Of a DNA stretch of 64,000 nucleotides, positions 1-9,256 are shown in pieces. Numbering within the stretch: the stretch's first letter is position 1; every line of letters starts with the position of its first letter. A program made the translations under genes and the position numbers. The notes under the pieces were generated by a model, which was not told the origin of the DNA, searched no databases, and saw nothing but the letters and a program-made list of their open reading frames with translations. Source of the DNA: Vicinamibacterales bacterium (GTDB lineage: Bacteria; Acidobacteriota; Vicinamibacteria; Vicinamibacterales; UBA823); the NCBI GenBank assembly GCA_965197385.1, contig CBDANA010000007.1:68054-132053 (forward strand), written 5' to 3'.

Positions 1-533
1 GCGCGGCGCGCGGTCGCCCCCTGCCCCGGTGGTTCAGCGAGGGACTGGCCATCACGGTCGAACGGCCCTGGGGGCTTACCGATCGCACACGCCTCATCTG
101 GACGCGAGTCATCGACGGCCGGATGTCACTGGCCACACTCGATCACCGGTTCGGCCAGGGCCGCGTCGCCGCGGAACGCGCCTACGCGATCTCCGGCGCG
201 CTGGTACGTCGGCTGATTCAGGAGTACGGTGCCGAGGCTCCAGGCCAGATCCTGTCCTTGGTCGCCGTCGACCGGTCGTTCGACGCGGCGCTCCGGCTGA
301 CGATCGGCCGATCGATCAGGGCACTCGAACTGGAATTCATGATGAGCCAGTCCGTCGTCGAGCGCTGGCTGCCGTTTATCACCAGCAGCTACACGCTCTG
401 GTCGGCCGTGACGCTGCTCGCCCTGCTGGCAATCTGGACCCATCACCGGAAGCGCCAGGCGCGGCGGCGGCAGTGGGCGGCGGAAGAAGCGGCGCTGTGG
501 GGAGAGGATCGGGATCCTACCGAAACATCCTGA
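1..533 (+). CDS. C-terminal part of a peptidase-MA-like protein (5' end outside window) with C-terminal TM helix
   Basis: The frame of ORF 123..533 stays open back to nt 3 (AARGRPLPRWFSEGLAITVERPWG...). The FSEGLA-type motif and layout resemble the peptidase MA superfamily. A hydrophobic helix (WSAVTLLALLAIW) is followed by a basic tail. Confidence 0.5.
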   Translation, partial: AARGRPLPRWFSEGLAITVERPWGLTDRTRLIWTRVIDGRMSLATLDHRFGQGRVAAERAYAISGALVRRLIQEYGAEAPGQILSLVAVDRSFDAALRLTIGRSIRALELEFMMSQSVVERWLPFITSSYTLWSAVTLLALLAIWTHHRKRQARRRQWAAEEAALWGEDRDPTETS

Positions 534-603
534 GCAACTTCGAGACCGGATCGTAGGGGCGATCGACCACGCGCTCCTTGAGCAGGCGCTCTTTTAACGA
601 GAC

Positions 604-957
604 CTACGCGATGGTCAACAGCGAATACGCCGCTATGATCGTTCCCAGCAGCGCGGCGCCATAGCAGAGAAGGGCAATTGGCTGCTGGGCTCCGTGTTTG
701 ACCTGAAGGAGATCGTAGACCGTGTAACGGAAGCGGTGGGCCCAGTGAAAGAGCGGGAAGAAAATGAAGACGAACAAATACAGCCGCGTGATCGGATGGA
801 TGACCAGACTGCGAAGCGACTCGTAGTCCGGGGCGTCAAGCCACCCCAGGGGAAACGCGAGGCCAATCAAGAGGATGTGGACCGGGAACAGGAGGGCGGA
901 GACCATGCCCCCAGTACCGAACAAGAACCACAGAAACGGTGTGATGCCTCTCGTCAT
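604..957 (-). CDS. frdD: fumarate reductase membrane anchor subunit D
   Basis: 117 aa with three hydrophobic helices. PFLWFLFGTGGMVSALLFPVHILLIG matches the E. coli FrdD N-terminus (VFWGLFGAGGMWSAIIAPV). It is the last gene of an frdABCD-ordered operon. Confidence 0.8.
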   Translation of the reverse strand: MTRGITPFLWFLFGTGGMVSALLFPVHILLIGLAFPLGWLDAPDYESLRSLVIHPITRLYLFVFIFFPLFHWAHRFRYTVYDLLQVKHGAQQPIALLCYGAALLGTIIAAYSLLTIA

Positions 958-1386
958 CTATCTGAGCAACAGAATCCACGCAACGACCGCGGACACCACC
1001 ATCCACCCCACGTAGTGCAAGCCCACGATCACCTGGTCCGGGACGCGCGTCTCGCCGAACCGGATGGCCATCGTCGTAGGAACAGCCTTGAACCACGTGA
1101 CGGCGTGCAAGAGCAGGGCCGCGAGGCCCACCGTGTTGAACAGAATGAAACCTGGCGTCCTCAGCCGACTGATGAACTCCGCGTATGCGTCCGGACCGTC
1201 TGTCAGGGCTCGAATCTGTAAAAGCGTGAGCACGGCAAAGACCCCGACGAAGACGCAGGTCAGCTCGCGCACGATGAAATTGAAGTACGCACGGTTCTGC
1301 AGCCACCACCAGAACGGCATCGGGCGATGGTACAGCCGCGGCGCGCCGAACCGGCTACGAGTCACGTCGCTCACTTCGAACCCCAC
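958..1386 (-). CDS. frdC: fumarate reductase membrane anchor subunit C
   Basis: 142 aa. [28 protein letters not shown] resembles E. coli FrdC ([25 protein letters not shown]). It abuts frdD and overlaps frdB by 16 nt. Confidence 0.8.
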   Translation of the reverse strand: MGFEVSDVTRSRFGAPRLYHRPMPFWWWLQNRAYFNFIVRELTCVFVGVFAVLTLLQIRALTDGPDAYAEFISRLRTPGFILFNTVGLAALLLHAVTWFKAVPTTMAIRFGETRVPDQVIVGLHYVGWMVVSAVVAWILLLR

Positions 1387-2117
1387 GGCAACAACATGGA
1401 CTTGAACCAGTCGGTCGCGCTAGCCATCTTGTACAGCTGGATCGCGCCGGCCGGGTCGACCTTCTTGGGACACACTTCGGTGCACTCACCCACGAACGTG
1501 CAACCCCACATCCCCTCGTGCTCGTTCAAGACGGCCATCCGCTCCGCCGCCCCCTGATCACGCGAATCCAGATTGTAGCGCTGCGCGAGCGCGATCACGG
1601 CCGGCCCCGCGAACTCGGGTTCGAGCCCCACGACGGGGCATGCCGAGTAGCACAGCAAGCAGTTGATGCACATGCTGAACTGCTTGTAGACATCGAGCTC
1701 GGCCGGTGTCTGAAGATATTCGCCCTCGGCAGGCGGCTTCTCGTCGTCCCTGATGATCCACGGCTTGACACTGGAAAGCTTCCCCAGGAAGCTGTTGATG
1801 TCGATAACGAGGTCCCGGACCACGGGGAAGAACTGCAACGGCTCGATCCGAATCTGACCCGACGACACATAGTCGGAGAGCGGAACCGCGCACGTGAGTT
1901 TCGGGGTGCCGTTGACCATCATCCCGCAGCTACCACACACGCCCATCCGGCACGACCAGCGGAACGTCAACGAGCCGTCGAGCTGATCCTTGACGTAGTT
2001 CAGCGCGTCCAGGATCACCCAATCCTTCTTGTACGGCACGTCGTAGGTCTGAAAGGTCGGTTCCGACTCTTCCTCCGGACGGTACCGCGAAACGGTCAGC
2101 GTGATCTTCTCCGCCAT
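1371..2117 (-). CDS. frdB: succinate dehydrogenase/fumarate reductase iron-sulfur subunit
   Basis: 248 aa with 2Fe-2S ([10 protein letters not shown]) and 4Fe-4S/3Fe-4S cysteine clusters ([24 protein letters not shown]). GGAAGG lies upstream of the ATG. Confidence 0.92.
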   Translation of the reverse strand: MAEKITLTVSRYRPEEESEPTFQTYDVPYKKDWVILDALNYVKDQLDGSLTFRWSCRMGVCGSCGMMVNGTPKLTCAVPLSDYVSSGQIRIEPLQFFPVVRDLVIDINSFLGKLSSVKPWIIRDDEKPPAEGEYLQTPAELDVYKQFSMCINCLLCYSACPVVGLEPEFAGPAVIALAQRYNLDSRDQGAAERMAVLNEHEGMWGCTFVGECTEVCPKKVDPAGAIQLYKMASATDWFKSMLLPWGSK

Positions 2118-2121
2118 ATCG

Positions 2122-3864
2122 CTACCTTCCGTACACTCGGTCTCCAGGCGGCCATTTCGTGATGGTCACTGGCAAGTACTCGATGCGCGCTGAGCCATCC
2201 GCCGCACGGTGCACCAGGGAATGGGCAAGAAACCGCTCGTCATCCCGGTCAGGATGGTCCGTTCGCTGATGCGCCCCACGCGACTCGGTCCGCTGCGCGG
2301 CAGACCGGAGGATCACCTCGGCCAGATCCAGCATGTAGCCGAGCTCCAGCGCCGAGACCAACTCTGTGTTGAAGGTCAGACTCCGGTCGTCCAGCTTCAG
2401 ACGACAGGCACGCGGACGCAAACGGCCCATCGTCTCCGCGGCCGCGTCAAGGTTGGCCCCGGTACGGTAGATTCCCGCACTCTCCTCCATGGTCGTTTGC
2501 ATTTCGGTCCGCAACGTGGCAATCCGCTCCGTCCCGTCTGTCGCGCCGAGGAAGTCTTCGTGCAGCCGTCGCGCTTCGTCTCGAACCTGAGCCTCCGCGG
2601 ACGTGCCAACCGGCCCTGACTGGTCTGCGAACTCGGCGGCCACCCGGCCGGCCCTAGCGCCAAAGACAAGGCACTCGGTCAGAGAGTTCGAGCCAAGACG
2701 ATTGGCGCCGTTCAAGCTCACACAGGCCACCTCGCCGGCTGCGTACAGTCCGGCGAGAGGCGTCGCGCCGTTGATGTCGGTGTGAACGCCACCCATCATG
2801 TAGTGGACGACCGGTCGGACCGGGATCATTTCCTTGACAGGGTCGAGGTTCGCGTACTTCAGACACAACTCGCGCACAAAGGGGAGTTTCTTGTCGATGA
2901 CCTTCTCACCGACCTGGCGGATATCCAGATTGACATAGTGGCCATACGGACCTTCCAGCGTGTGACCCTTCTCCTGTTCCCTGATGAACGCTTGCGACAA
3001 CCGGTCGCGGGGCCCGAGCTCCATCGACCGCAGCACCGGCTTAGGCTCCGGTGTGCCGAGATCGTAGTCCTGGAGATACCGGTAGCCGTCCTTATTGACC
3101 AACCACCCGCCTTCACTGCGTGCGGCCTCGGTGATCAGGATCCCGGTCGCCGGCAGCCCCGTCGGGTGGTACTGGATGAACTCCATATCCTTGAGCGGCG
3201 CGCCCGCCCGATAGGCGAGCGCCATCCCGTCGCCGTTCTTGATATTCGCGTTGGTTGTAAACGGGAAGATCTTGCCGCAGCCACCGGTGCACAGGATCAC
3301 GGCCTTCGCCGTAATGCTGTGGATCCGCCCGGTGGCTAGCTCGATGGCAACGACGCCCAGGCAACGCCCGTCATCGACAAGCAGCTTGGTGACGAACCAC
3401 TCGTCGAATCGCTTGACAGCTTTGTACTTCAGCGACGTCTGGAACAGCGCGTGGAGCATGTGGAACCCGGTCTTGTCCGTGGCGAACCACGTCCGCTGCA
3501 CCTTCATCCCGCCGAACGAGCGGACAGCGACGCTGCCATCCGGTTCTCGGCTCCAGGGACACCCCCAGTGTTCCAGCTGCACCATTTCACGCGGCGCTTC
3601 CTCGACAAACGCCTCGACTGCATCTTGATCGCTGAGCCAATCACCCCCAGACACGGTGTCGTAGGCATGGGCCTCGGCGCTATCGTCGGGCTTGACGACA
3701 GCCGCAGCGCCGCCTTCGGCCGCAACCGTATGGCTCCGCATCGGATACACCTTGGATACGACCGCGATGTTCAGATCCGGCCTCGCTTCCGCAGCCGCGA
3801 TGCTTGCGCGCAAACCGGCCCCGCCACCACCTACGATGAGCACGTCACAAGAGTGTTCAGCCAT
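2122..3864 (-). CDS. frdA: fumarate reductase/succinate dehydrogenase flavoprotein subunit
   Basis: N-terminal FAD fold [24 protein letters not shown] (covalent-FAD His region), and HYMMGG. The start is set at the internal ATG (MAEHSCDV...); the 17 upstream codons of the ORF track are probably not translated. Confidence 0.92.
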   Translation of the reverse strand: MAEHSCDVLIVGGGGAGLRASIAAAEARPDLNIAVVSKVYPMRSHTVAAEGGAAAVVKPDDSAEAHAYDTVSGGDWLSDQDAVEAFVEEAPREMVQLEHWGCPWSREPDGSVAVRSFGGMKVQRTWFATDKTGFHMLHALFQTSLKYKAVKRFDEWFVTKLLVDDGRCLGVVAIELATGRIHSITAKAVILCTGGCGKIFPFTTNANIKNGDGMALAYRAGAPLKDMEFIQYHPTGLPATGILITEAARSEGGWLVNKDGYRYLQDYDLGTPEPKPVLRSMELGPRDRLSQAFIREQEKGHTLEGPYGHYVNLDIRQVGEKVIDKKLPFVRELCLKYANLDPVKEMIPVRPVVHYMMGGVHTDINGATPLAGLYAAGEVACVSLNGANRLGSNSLTECLVFGARAGRVAAEFADQSGPVGTSAEAQVRDEARRLHEDFLGATDGTERIATLRTEMQTTMEESAGIYRTGANLDAAAETMGRLRPRACRLKLDDRSLTFNTELVSALELGYMLDLAEVILRSAAQRTESRGAHQRTDHPDRDDERFLAHSLVHRAADGSARIEYLPVTITKWPPGDRVYGR

Positions 3865-3898
3865 TGCTGTTCTGTCGACGCATACGGCTAGGAGCCTG

Positions 3899-3949
3899 CC
3901 CCACGGCGCTCGCAACGCGGCCTACGCGAATACTCGGACGGGCGCCTAG
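3899..3949. repeat. 51-nt dispersed repeat, solo copy (same family as 47030..47080)
   Basis: CCCCACGGCGCTCGCAACGCGGCCTACGCGAATACTCGGACGGGCGCCTAG equals the reverse complement of 47030..47080 with 2 mismatches. It lies between the frdA start and the stop of the next gene. Confidence 0.65.
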
Positions 3950-4386
3950 ACACGCTGATAGTCTGCTTGCCAGTCCTTCACCGCCTGCTTGATCGCCTTC
4001 TGGTCGGCGAGGCTACCCGCCAGCAACTGGCGCACCAGCGCCGGCAACTCCGCGTCGCTCGCGAAGCGAAGCGCCACCAGCTGCGACGTCGTCAAGTCAG
4101 GTATGCGCGCCTTGAGGTCATCCGGCAGCAGTTCGGCCAGCTTCAACCGCATCTCGAGGCGAATCACCCGATCTTGCGCCCACAAGGCGAACAGCCGCGC
4201 GCACAGCGCGACAATGATCAGCGCCAGGGCGACCAGCGCCGCCAGCGCCGTCTCGAACGACAAGCCGGTGGCGGCACGATAGGCGGACCACAGGAAGTTG
4301 ACGGCCAGGATCGGAAGCGCGACGAAGTGAAACGCAGGGACCGATCGGCCGTGATTGGCGTAGGTCTGCGGCTGTGCTTGAGCCAC
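3946..4386 (-). CDS. small integral membrane protein, function unknown (DUF6526-like by recollection)
   Basis: 146 aa with two N-terminal hydrophobic helices followed by a soluble helical tail. The coding-frame codon bias is clear. Confidence 0.6.
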   Translation of the reverse strand: MAQAQPQTYANHGRSVPAFHFVALPILAVNFLWSAYRAATGLSFETALAALVALALIIVALCARLFALWAQDRVIRLEMRLKLAELLPDDLKARIPDLTTSQLVALRFASDAELPALVRQLLAGSLADQKAIKQAVKDWQADYQRV

Positions 4387-4442
4387 GAATTCCTCCTTAG
4401 GTAGGCGTTCAAGACACCAAACGAACAGAGCAGTATAACCCG

Positions 4443-4463
4443 GCGTCGGCCGGGGGCCGACGC
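4443..4463 (-). terminator. possible terminator hairpin downstream of the GcvT-like gene
   Basis: GCGTCGGCC-GGG-GGCCGACGC forms a perfect 9-bp stem starting 14 nt after the stop. It is followed on the minus strand by a weak T-containing tract. Confidence 0.35.
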
Positions 4464-4476
4464 GCGAGGTTAACAG

Positions 4477-5688
4477 TTAGGCCGGACGGCCTGGCGGGGG
4501 CAACTCCACCTTGCGTGGCGGGTTGAAGAACGGCGTGCGGACGACCGTGGTCTCGACCTTGTGGCGCATCGCGTCGATCGTGAACTCGACGCGCAACCGG
4601 CTGCCGACCGCGGCATACTCCCGACTGACTGTGGCCAGCGCAATCAACTTCTTGAGCACCGGCGACCAGGTCATCGAGGTCGCTTTCCCGACCTGATGGC
4701 CGCCCTTGTAGACCGGCACCGCCTCGCGCGAGGCCACCAGCGGCGGCTGCGGCGGTAGGCCGGCCGCCTCGAACAACCGTTGAATCTCCGGCCAGTCGAG
4801 CTCGAGGCTGACAACCCGCCGGGCTGGACCGGTGCGCCGCTTTGCCCGCAGCGCCGCCTGCCCGACGAACCTGGCCTTGTCGAGGCTGACCAGCCGGTCC
4901 AGGCCCATTTCGAACGGCGAGTAGCGCTGCGACGGGATGAGCGCCTTCCGGCTGCTGAAGAAGTCCACCTCGATGAGGAGCAACCCGGCTTCGATCCGCG
5001 CCACGTCGAGCGCCAGCATGCCCGCCGGGCGGAGGCCGTAGTCCTGCCCGCGCTTCATCAGCGCATCCCAGACCTTCACGGCGTCCCGCCACCGCATCCA
5101 GATCTCGTAGCCCAGATCGCCGGTGTAGCCAGTGCGTGAGACATCGACCTGCACGCCCCGGATCGACCCGCTCGTCACATGGAAGTACTTCAGCGTTTCG
5201 ACGTCGAGATCCGCAACCTGCCGCAACAGGTCGGCCGACGTTGGGCCTTGCAGCGCAAGCGCGGCTACCTGCTCCGACACGTCGCGGATCGTCACGTCGA
5301 GGCCACGCGCGTTCTGCTGGAACCAGCGCAGGCTCGGGTTGGCCGCCGTCCAGCGGAAGCGGTCCTCGCCGAGGCGCAAGATCGTGCCGTCGTCGATCAC
5401 CTTGCCGTGCTCGTCGCACCAGGTGGTGTACGCGACCTGGCCGACGGCCAGCTTCGTGGCGTCGCGCGTGATCACGCGGTCCACGAACGCCGTCGCCTCG
5501 GCGCCGGTGATCAAGTACTTGTAGAGAGGCGAGACGTCGATGAGCGCCGCCGAGGTGCGGATGGCGGCGTATTCGTGCTCGTGATGAGTTTCATAGGCGC
5601 TGACGGCATAATAGCCGGACCACTCACGGTAGTTCAGGTTTTCGCAGAGTGCCAGCGTACGCCGGTGCACGGCTGATCCGATCGGCAT
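4477..5688 (-). CDS. aminomethyltransferase (GcvT/DmdA/dimethylglycine-oxidase-type folate-binding) family protein
   Basis: Family features include AALIDVSPLYKYLITG, TWCDEHGKVIDDG, LALQGP and GYTGDLGYEIW. The start is set at the ATG at 5688, preceded by AGGAG 6 nt upstream. Confidence 0.85.
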   Translation of the reverse strand: MPIGSAVHRRTLALCENLNYREWSGYYAVSAYETHHEHEYAAIRTSAALIDVSPLYKYLITGAEATAFVDRVITRDATKLAVGQVAYTTWCDEHGKVIDDGTILRLGEDRFRWTAANPSLRWFQQNARGLDVTIRDVSEQVAALALQGPTSADLLRQVADLDVETLKYFHVTSGSIRGVQVDVSRTGYTGDLGYEIWMRWRDAVKVWDALMKRGQDYGLRPAGMLALDVARIEAGLLLIEVDFFSSRKALIPSQRYSPFEMGLDRLVSLDKARFVGQAALRAKRRTGPARRVVSLELDWPEIQRLFEAAGLPPQPPLVASREAVPVYKGGHQVGKATSMTWSPVLKKLIALATVSREYAAVGSRLRVEFTIDAMRHKVETTVVRTPFFNPPRKVELPPPGRPA

Positions 5689-5718
5689 GGTGACTCCTGA
5701 CGCCCCAGCGTCATTTGG

Positions 5719-5748
5719 ATTATAGGAACCGCCGAGCGGTTCCGACAA
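5719..5748 (-). promoter_or_regulatory. sigma70-like promoter with a palindrome filling the spacer
   Basis: On the minus strand: TTGTCG, an 18-nt spacer, then a perfect TATAAT about 30 nt upstream of the ATG at 5688. The spacer lies entirely within the palindrome GGAACCGC-TCG-GCGGTTCC, whose last base is the first base of the -35 hexamer. Confidence 0.4.
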
Positions 5749-5752
5749 GCCG

Positions 5753-5925
5753 GCAGCCCGTGGTCAACGTCCGGCTGCATTCGACCGCCGATGCGATCCG
5801 CCCCGCGGCGTTACTCGTCGATCAAATGCTCCCGGCATGTTCCCTCCTCGTGCCTAGCCCCGGCCGACCGCGGCTTCGATTCGGCGGGGGGCTCTGTGCG
5901 ACACCTGACGTTGACCACGGGCTGC
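5753..5925. repeat. 19-bp perfect inverted repeat pair in a divergent intergenic region
   Basis: GCAGCCCGTGGTCAACGTC at 5753..5771 has its exact reverse complement at 5907..5925, with a 135-bp spacer. Confidence 0.8.
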
Positions 5926-5950
5926 AGGCGATCGCGTACAATGCGACTTC

Positions 5951-7576
5951 GTGACGCCTCACCGCGAGATGTCACCGCAAGCGATGATCGGCAGATACGA
6001 CGCGATCGTCATCGGCGGCGGGCACAACGGCCTGGTGACTGCGGCGTATCTGGCACGCGCCGGCAGGAAGACGCTGGTGCTGGAACGACGCCACGTCCTG
6101 GGCGGCGCCGCCGTCACGGAAGAAATTTTTCCCGGCTTCAAGTTCTCCGTCTGCTCCTACGTCGTCTCGCTGCTGCGTCCCGAGATCATCCGCGACCTCG
6201 AGCTGCCGCGCCACGGACTCGAAATTCTTCCGCTCGACGGCACGTTCACGCCGATGCCGGACGGCGACTACCTCTGGCGCGTCAACGATTCCGCGAAGAC
6301 CCGCCGGGACATTGCCAGGCATTCCCGCCGCGACGCCGAAGCCTACGAAGAATATGGGCGCGCGATGGTCGACATGGGCCGGTTCGTCAAGCCGATGCTC
6401 GAGATGACGCCGCCCGATCCGACGTCACGTGACCCGCGGGCGCTCATGCAATTGTTGTCAATCAGCAACCGCTTCCGGGCGCTCTCGCGACACGACCAGC
6501 ACACCCAGGTGCAGCTGGCTACGATGAGCGCCGTGGACTTTCTCGAGCAGTGGTTCGAGACCGACGTGCTGAAGGGTACGCTGGCAGCCTCCGGCATCAT
6601 CGGCACGTTCCTGGGCGTGCGGTCGCCCGGCACAGCCTACGTGCTGCTCCATCATTACATGGGGGAGATCGACGGCGCCTACCGGTCGTGGGGGCTGCCG
6701 CGCGGCGGCACCGGTGCCATCTCGAACGCCATCGCCGCGACGGCCCGCGAGGCGGGCGCCGAGATCCACACGGATGCACCGGTCGCGAAGGTCCTGCTCA
6801 ACAAGGAGCGCGCCGCCGGCGTCGTCCTGGAGAACGGCGACTACGTCTTCGCCGACACGATCGCGTCCAGCGTCGATCCCCGGCTGACGTTCCTCAAGAT
6901 GGTCGGCACGGAGCATCTGCCCGATGACTTCGTGGAGGACGTCCGCCGGTACAAGCTGCGCGGCTCGTCCGGAAAGGTCAACCTGGCGCTGGACGGACTG
7001 CCAGATTTCACGAGCCTGCCGGGCGCCGGCCGGCACCTGCGCGGGGCGATCTCGATTTCTCCGAGCGTCGACTACATGGAACGGGCGTACGACGACGCCA
7101 AGTACGGAGCCTTCTCGAAGCGGCCCTACGTGGATATGGTCATTCCGACCTTGAGCGATCCGTCGATGGCCCCACCGGGCAAGCACGTGCTGTCCTGCTT
7201 CGTGCAGTACGCGCCGTATCATCTGAGCGCGGGCAACTGGGACGACGAGCGGGAGCGGTTCGGCGACTGCGTCGTGGACACCATCGCCGAGCACGCGCCC
7301 AACCTGAAGGACCTCATCCTGCACCGGCAGGTCTTGACGCCGCTCGACCTCGAGCGCGAGTTCGGCCTAACCGAGGGCAACATCTTTCAAGGCGAGCTGA
7401 CGCTCGAACAGCTGTTCTTCCTGCGGCCGGTGCCCGGATGGGCGCGCTATCGCACGCCGGTTCGCGGGCTCTACCTGTGCGGCTCGGCGACCCACCCGGG
7501 CGGCGGCATCATGGGTGCCTCGGGCCGCAACGCCGCGAAGCGGATCTTGAAGGACTGGAAGCTTCCCGGCACGTGA
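5951..7576 (+). CDS. NAD(P)/FAD-dependent oxidoreductase, phytoene-desaturase (CrtI)/PYROXD2-like family, paralog 1
   Basis: YDAIVIGGGHNGLVTAAYLARAG dinucleotide fold, with C-terminal LYLCGSATHPGGGIMG. The true start is probably the ATG at 5969 or 5984 rather than the GTG at 5951. Confidence 0.85.
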   Translation: MTPHREMSPQAMIGRYDAIVIGGGHNGLVTAAYLARAGRKTLVLERRHVLGGAAVTEEIFPGFKFSVCSYVVSLLRPEIIRDLELPRHGLEILPLDGTFTPMPDGDYLWRVNDSAKTRRDIARHSRRDAEAYEEYGRAMVDMGRFVKPMLEMTPPDPTSRDPRALMQLLSISNRFRALSRHDQHTQVQLATMSAVDFLEQWFETDVLKGTLAASGIIGTFLGVRSPGTAYVLLHHYMGEIDGAYRSWGLPRGGTGAISNAIAATAREAGAEIHTDAPVAKVLLNKERAAGVVLENGDYVFADTIASSVDPRLTFLKMVGTEHLPDDFVEDVRRYKLRGSSGKVNLALDGLPDFTSLPGAGRHLRGAISISPSVDYMERAYDDAKYGAFSKRPYVDMVIPTLSDPSMAPPGKHVLSCFVQYAPYHLSAGNWDDERERFGDCVVDTIAEHAPNLKDLILHRQVLTPLDLEREFGLTEGNIFQGELTLEQLFFLRPVPGWARYRTPVRGLYLCGSATHPGGGIMGASGRNAAKRILKDWKLPGT

Positions 7577-7592
7577 CGCCATCGGTTCGACC

Positions 7593-9194
7593 GTGAAAGC
7601 CTACGACGCCATCGTCATCGGAGGCGGCCACAACGGACTCGTGACCGCCTGCTATCTGGCGCGCGCCGGCGTCCGGACGCTCGTCTTGGAGCGCCGAGAC
7701 GTCATCGGCGGCGCGGCGGTCACCGGCGAGCTGTGCCCCGGCTTCCGCTGCCCCACGTTGGCCCATGCGGCGGGCCCGCTGCACCCCGACCTCGTGCGGG
7801 ACCTGGCGCTCCACCGGCACGGCGTGCAGCTGACGGAGCCCGATCCGCGGCTCTTCGCCCCGCTACCAGACGGCCACGGCCTGGTGCTGCATGCGCAGGC
7901 GACGCGCGCGGCCGAGGCGATTGCCGCCTTCTCACCGCGAGACGCCGAGCGCTACGTCGAGTTCGACGCCTGCATCATCCAGATCGGCGACGTGCTGCGC
8001 GACCTGCTCTGGCGCTGCCCTCCGTCGGTGGACAACCCGACGCCGAACGACATCTGGCAGCTGCTCAAGTCAGGCCGCCGGTTTCACGGGCTCGGGCGCC
8101 AGAACGGGTTCCGCCTGCTGCGGTGGCTGCCGATGCCGGTCGCCGACCTCGTGAGCGAGTGGTTCGGGGGCGATCTCTTGCAGGCGATCATCGCGGCGCG
8201 CGGCATCTACGGAATGAATCTGGGGCCGCGATCGGCCGGCTCGGGCGCGGCACTCCTCATGCAGCAAGCACTCGGGCAACACGTCCTGGCGTCCGCCACG
8301 AGCGCCAAAGGCGGGCTCGGCGCCCTCACCGCCGGGCTGGCGGCCGCCGCGCGCGCGGCCGGCGTGGAGATTCGGACCGAGGCGGAGGTCGCGCGCATCG
8401 AGGTCCACCAGCGTGCGGCCACCGGCGTGACACTGGGCGACGGCAGCCACATCTCGGCGCGCACCGTCGTCTCCGGCGCCGACCCCAAGCGCACGTTTCT
8501 CGACCTCGTGGACCCGGCCGATCTTGATCCGTCGTTCGCCCTCGCGGTGCAGCGCTATCGCGCGTCCGGCACCGTGGCGAAAGTCAACCTTGCGCTCGAC
8601 GGCCTGCCGCAGTTCGCCGCCCTCGAATCGGCCAGCGCGAGCGAGCGCACGGCCGCGCTTGGCGGACGGATTCACATTGGACCGGACCTCGACTATCTGG
8701 AGCGCGCGTACGACGCAAGCAAGTACGGCGCCTACTCGGAGCATCCTTACCTCGACGTGATGATTCCGACGGTGACCGATCCGACGCTCGCACCGGACGG
8801 ACAGCACGTGATGTCGATCTGCGCGCAGTTCGCGCCGTTCGCGCTCCGCGACGGCAAGTGGCGGACGGCGCGCAACGGCCTGGGTGACGCGATCATCCGC
8901 GAACTGGCCGTCTACGCGCCAGGCCTCGAGGACCGCATCCTGCACCGGCAGGTCCTGACCCCGGCCGATCTGGAAACAACCTACGGACTAACCGGCGGTC
9001 ACATCTTCCACGGTGAGCACGCGCTGGACCAGCTGTTCACGATGCGGCCGGTGTTGGGATGGGCACGGTACCGGACGCCGATCGCGGGGCTGTATCTGTG
9101 CGGCGCGGGCACGCACCCGGGCGGCGGGGTGACCGGCGCCTGCGGACTGAACGCCAGCCGGGAAATTCTGAATGATCTGGGCAAGGAGAGGTAG
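7593..9194 (+). CDS. NAD(P)/FAD-dependent oxidoreductase, CrtI/PYROXD2-like family, paralog 2
   Basis: 533 aa, colinear with the preceding gene (MKAYDAIVIGGGHNGLVTACYLARAG ... LYLCGAGTHPGGGVTG). Only a 16-nt gap separates the two. Confidence 0.85.
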   Translation: MKAYDAIVIGGGHNGLVTACYLARAGVRTLVLERRDVIGGAAVTGELCPGFRCPTLAHAAGPLHPDLVRDLALHRHGVQLTEPDPRLFAPLPDGHGLVLHAQATRAAEAIAAFSPRDAERYVEFDACIIQIGDVLRDLLWRCPPSVDNPTPNDIWQLLKSGRRFHGLGRQNGFRLLRWLPMPVADLVSEWFGGDLLQAIIAARGIYGMNLGPRSAGSGAALLMQQALGQHVLASATSAKGGLGALTAGLAAAARAAGVEIRTEAEVARIEVHQRAATGVTLGDGSHISARTVVSGADPKRTFLDLVDPADLDPSFALAVQRYRASGTVAKVNLALDGLPQFAALESASASERTAALGGRIHIGPDLDYLERAYDASKYGAYSEHPYLDVMIPTVTDPTLAPDGQHVMSICAQFAPFALRDGKWRTARNGLGDAIIRELAVYAPGLEDRILHRQVLTPADLETTYGLTGGHIFHGEHALDQLFTMRPVLGWARYRTPIAGLYLCGAGTHPGGGVTGACGLNASREILNDLGKER

Positions 9195-9214
9195 GCCGCG
9201 TAGCATCAGGTACT

Positions 9215-9252
9215 CCCTCTCCCTCCGGGAGAGGACCGGGGTGAGGGCGAGG
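9215..9252 (+). repeat. REP-like hairpin repeat CCCTCTCCCTCCGGGAGAGG...GGGGTGAGGG
   Basis: CCCTCTCC / GGAGAGG(G) form a stem around CTCCG, followed by GGGGTGAGGGCG. A second copy is at 55657..55694. The GGGGTGAGGGCG 12-mer also occurs at 16472 (+) and 18726 (-). Confidence 0.55.
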
Positions 9253-9256
9253 CACC

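Noticed and set aside
5689-5950. Glycine riboswitch upstream of the GcvT-like gene
   Set aside because: Reading both strands, I could not find the conserved glycine-aptamer core elements. The region is better explained by a promoter plus inverted repeats.
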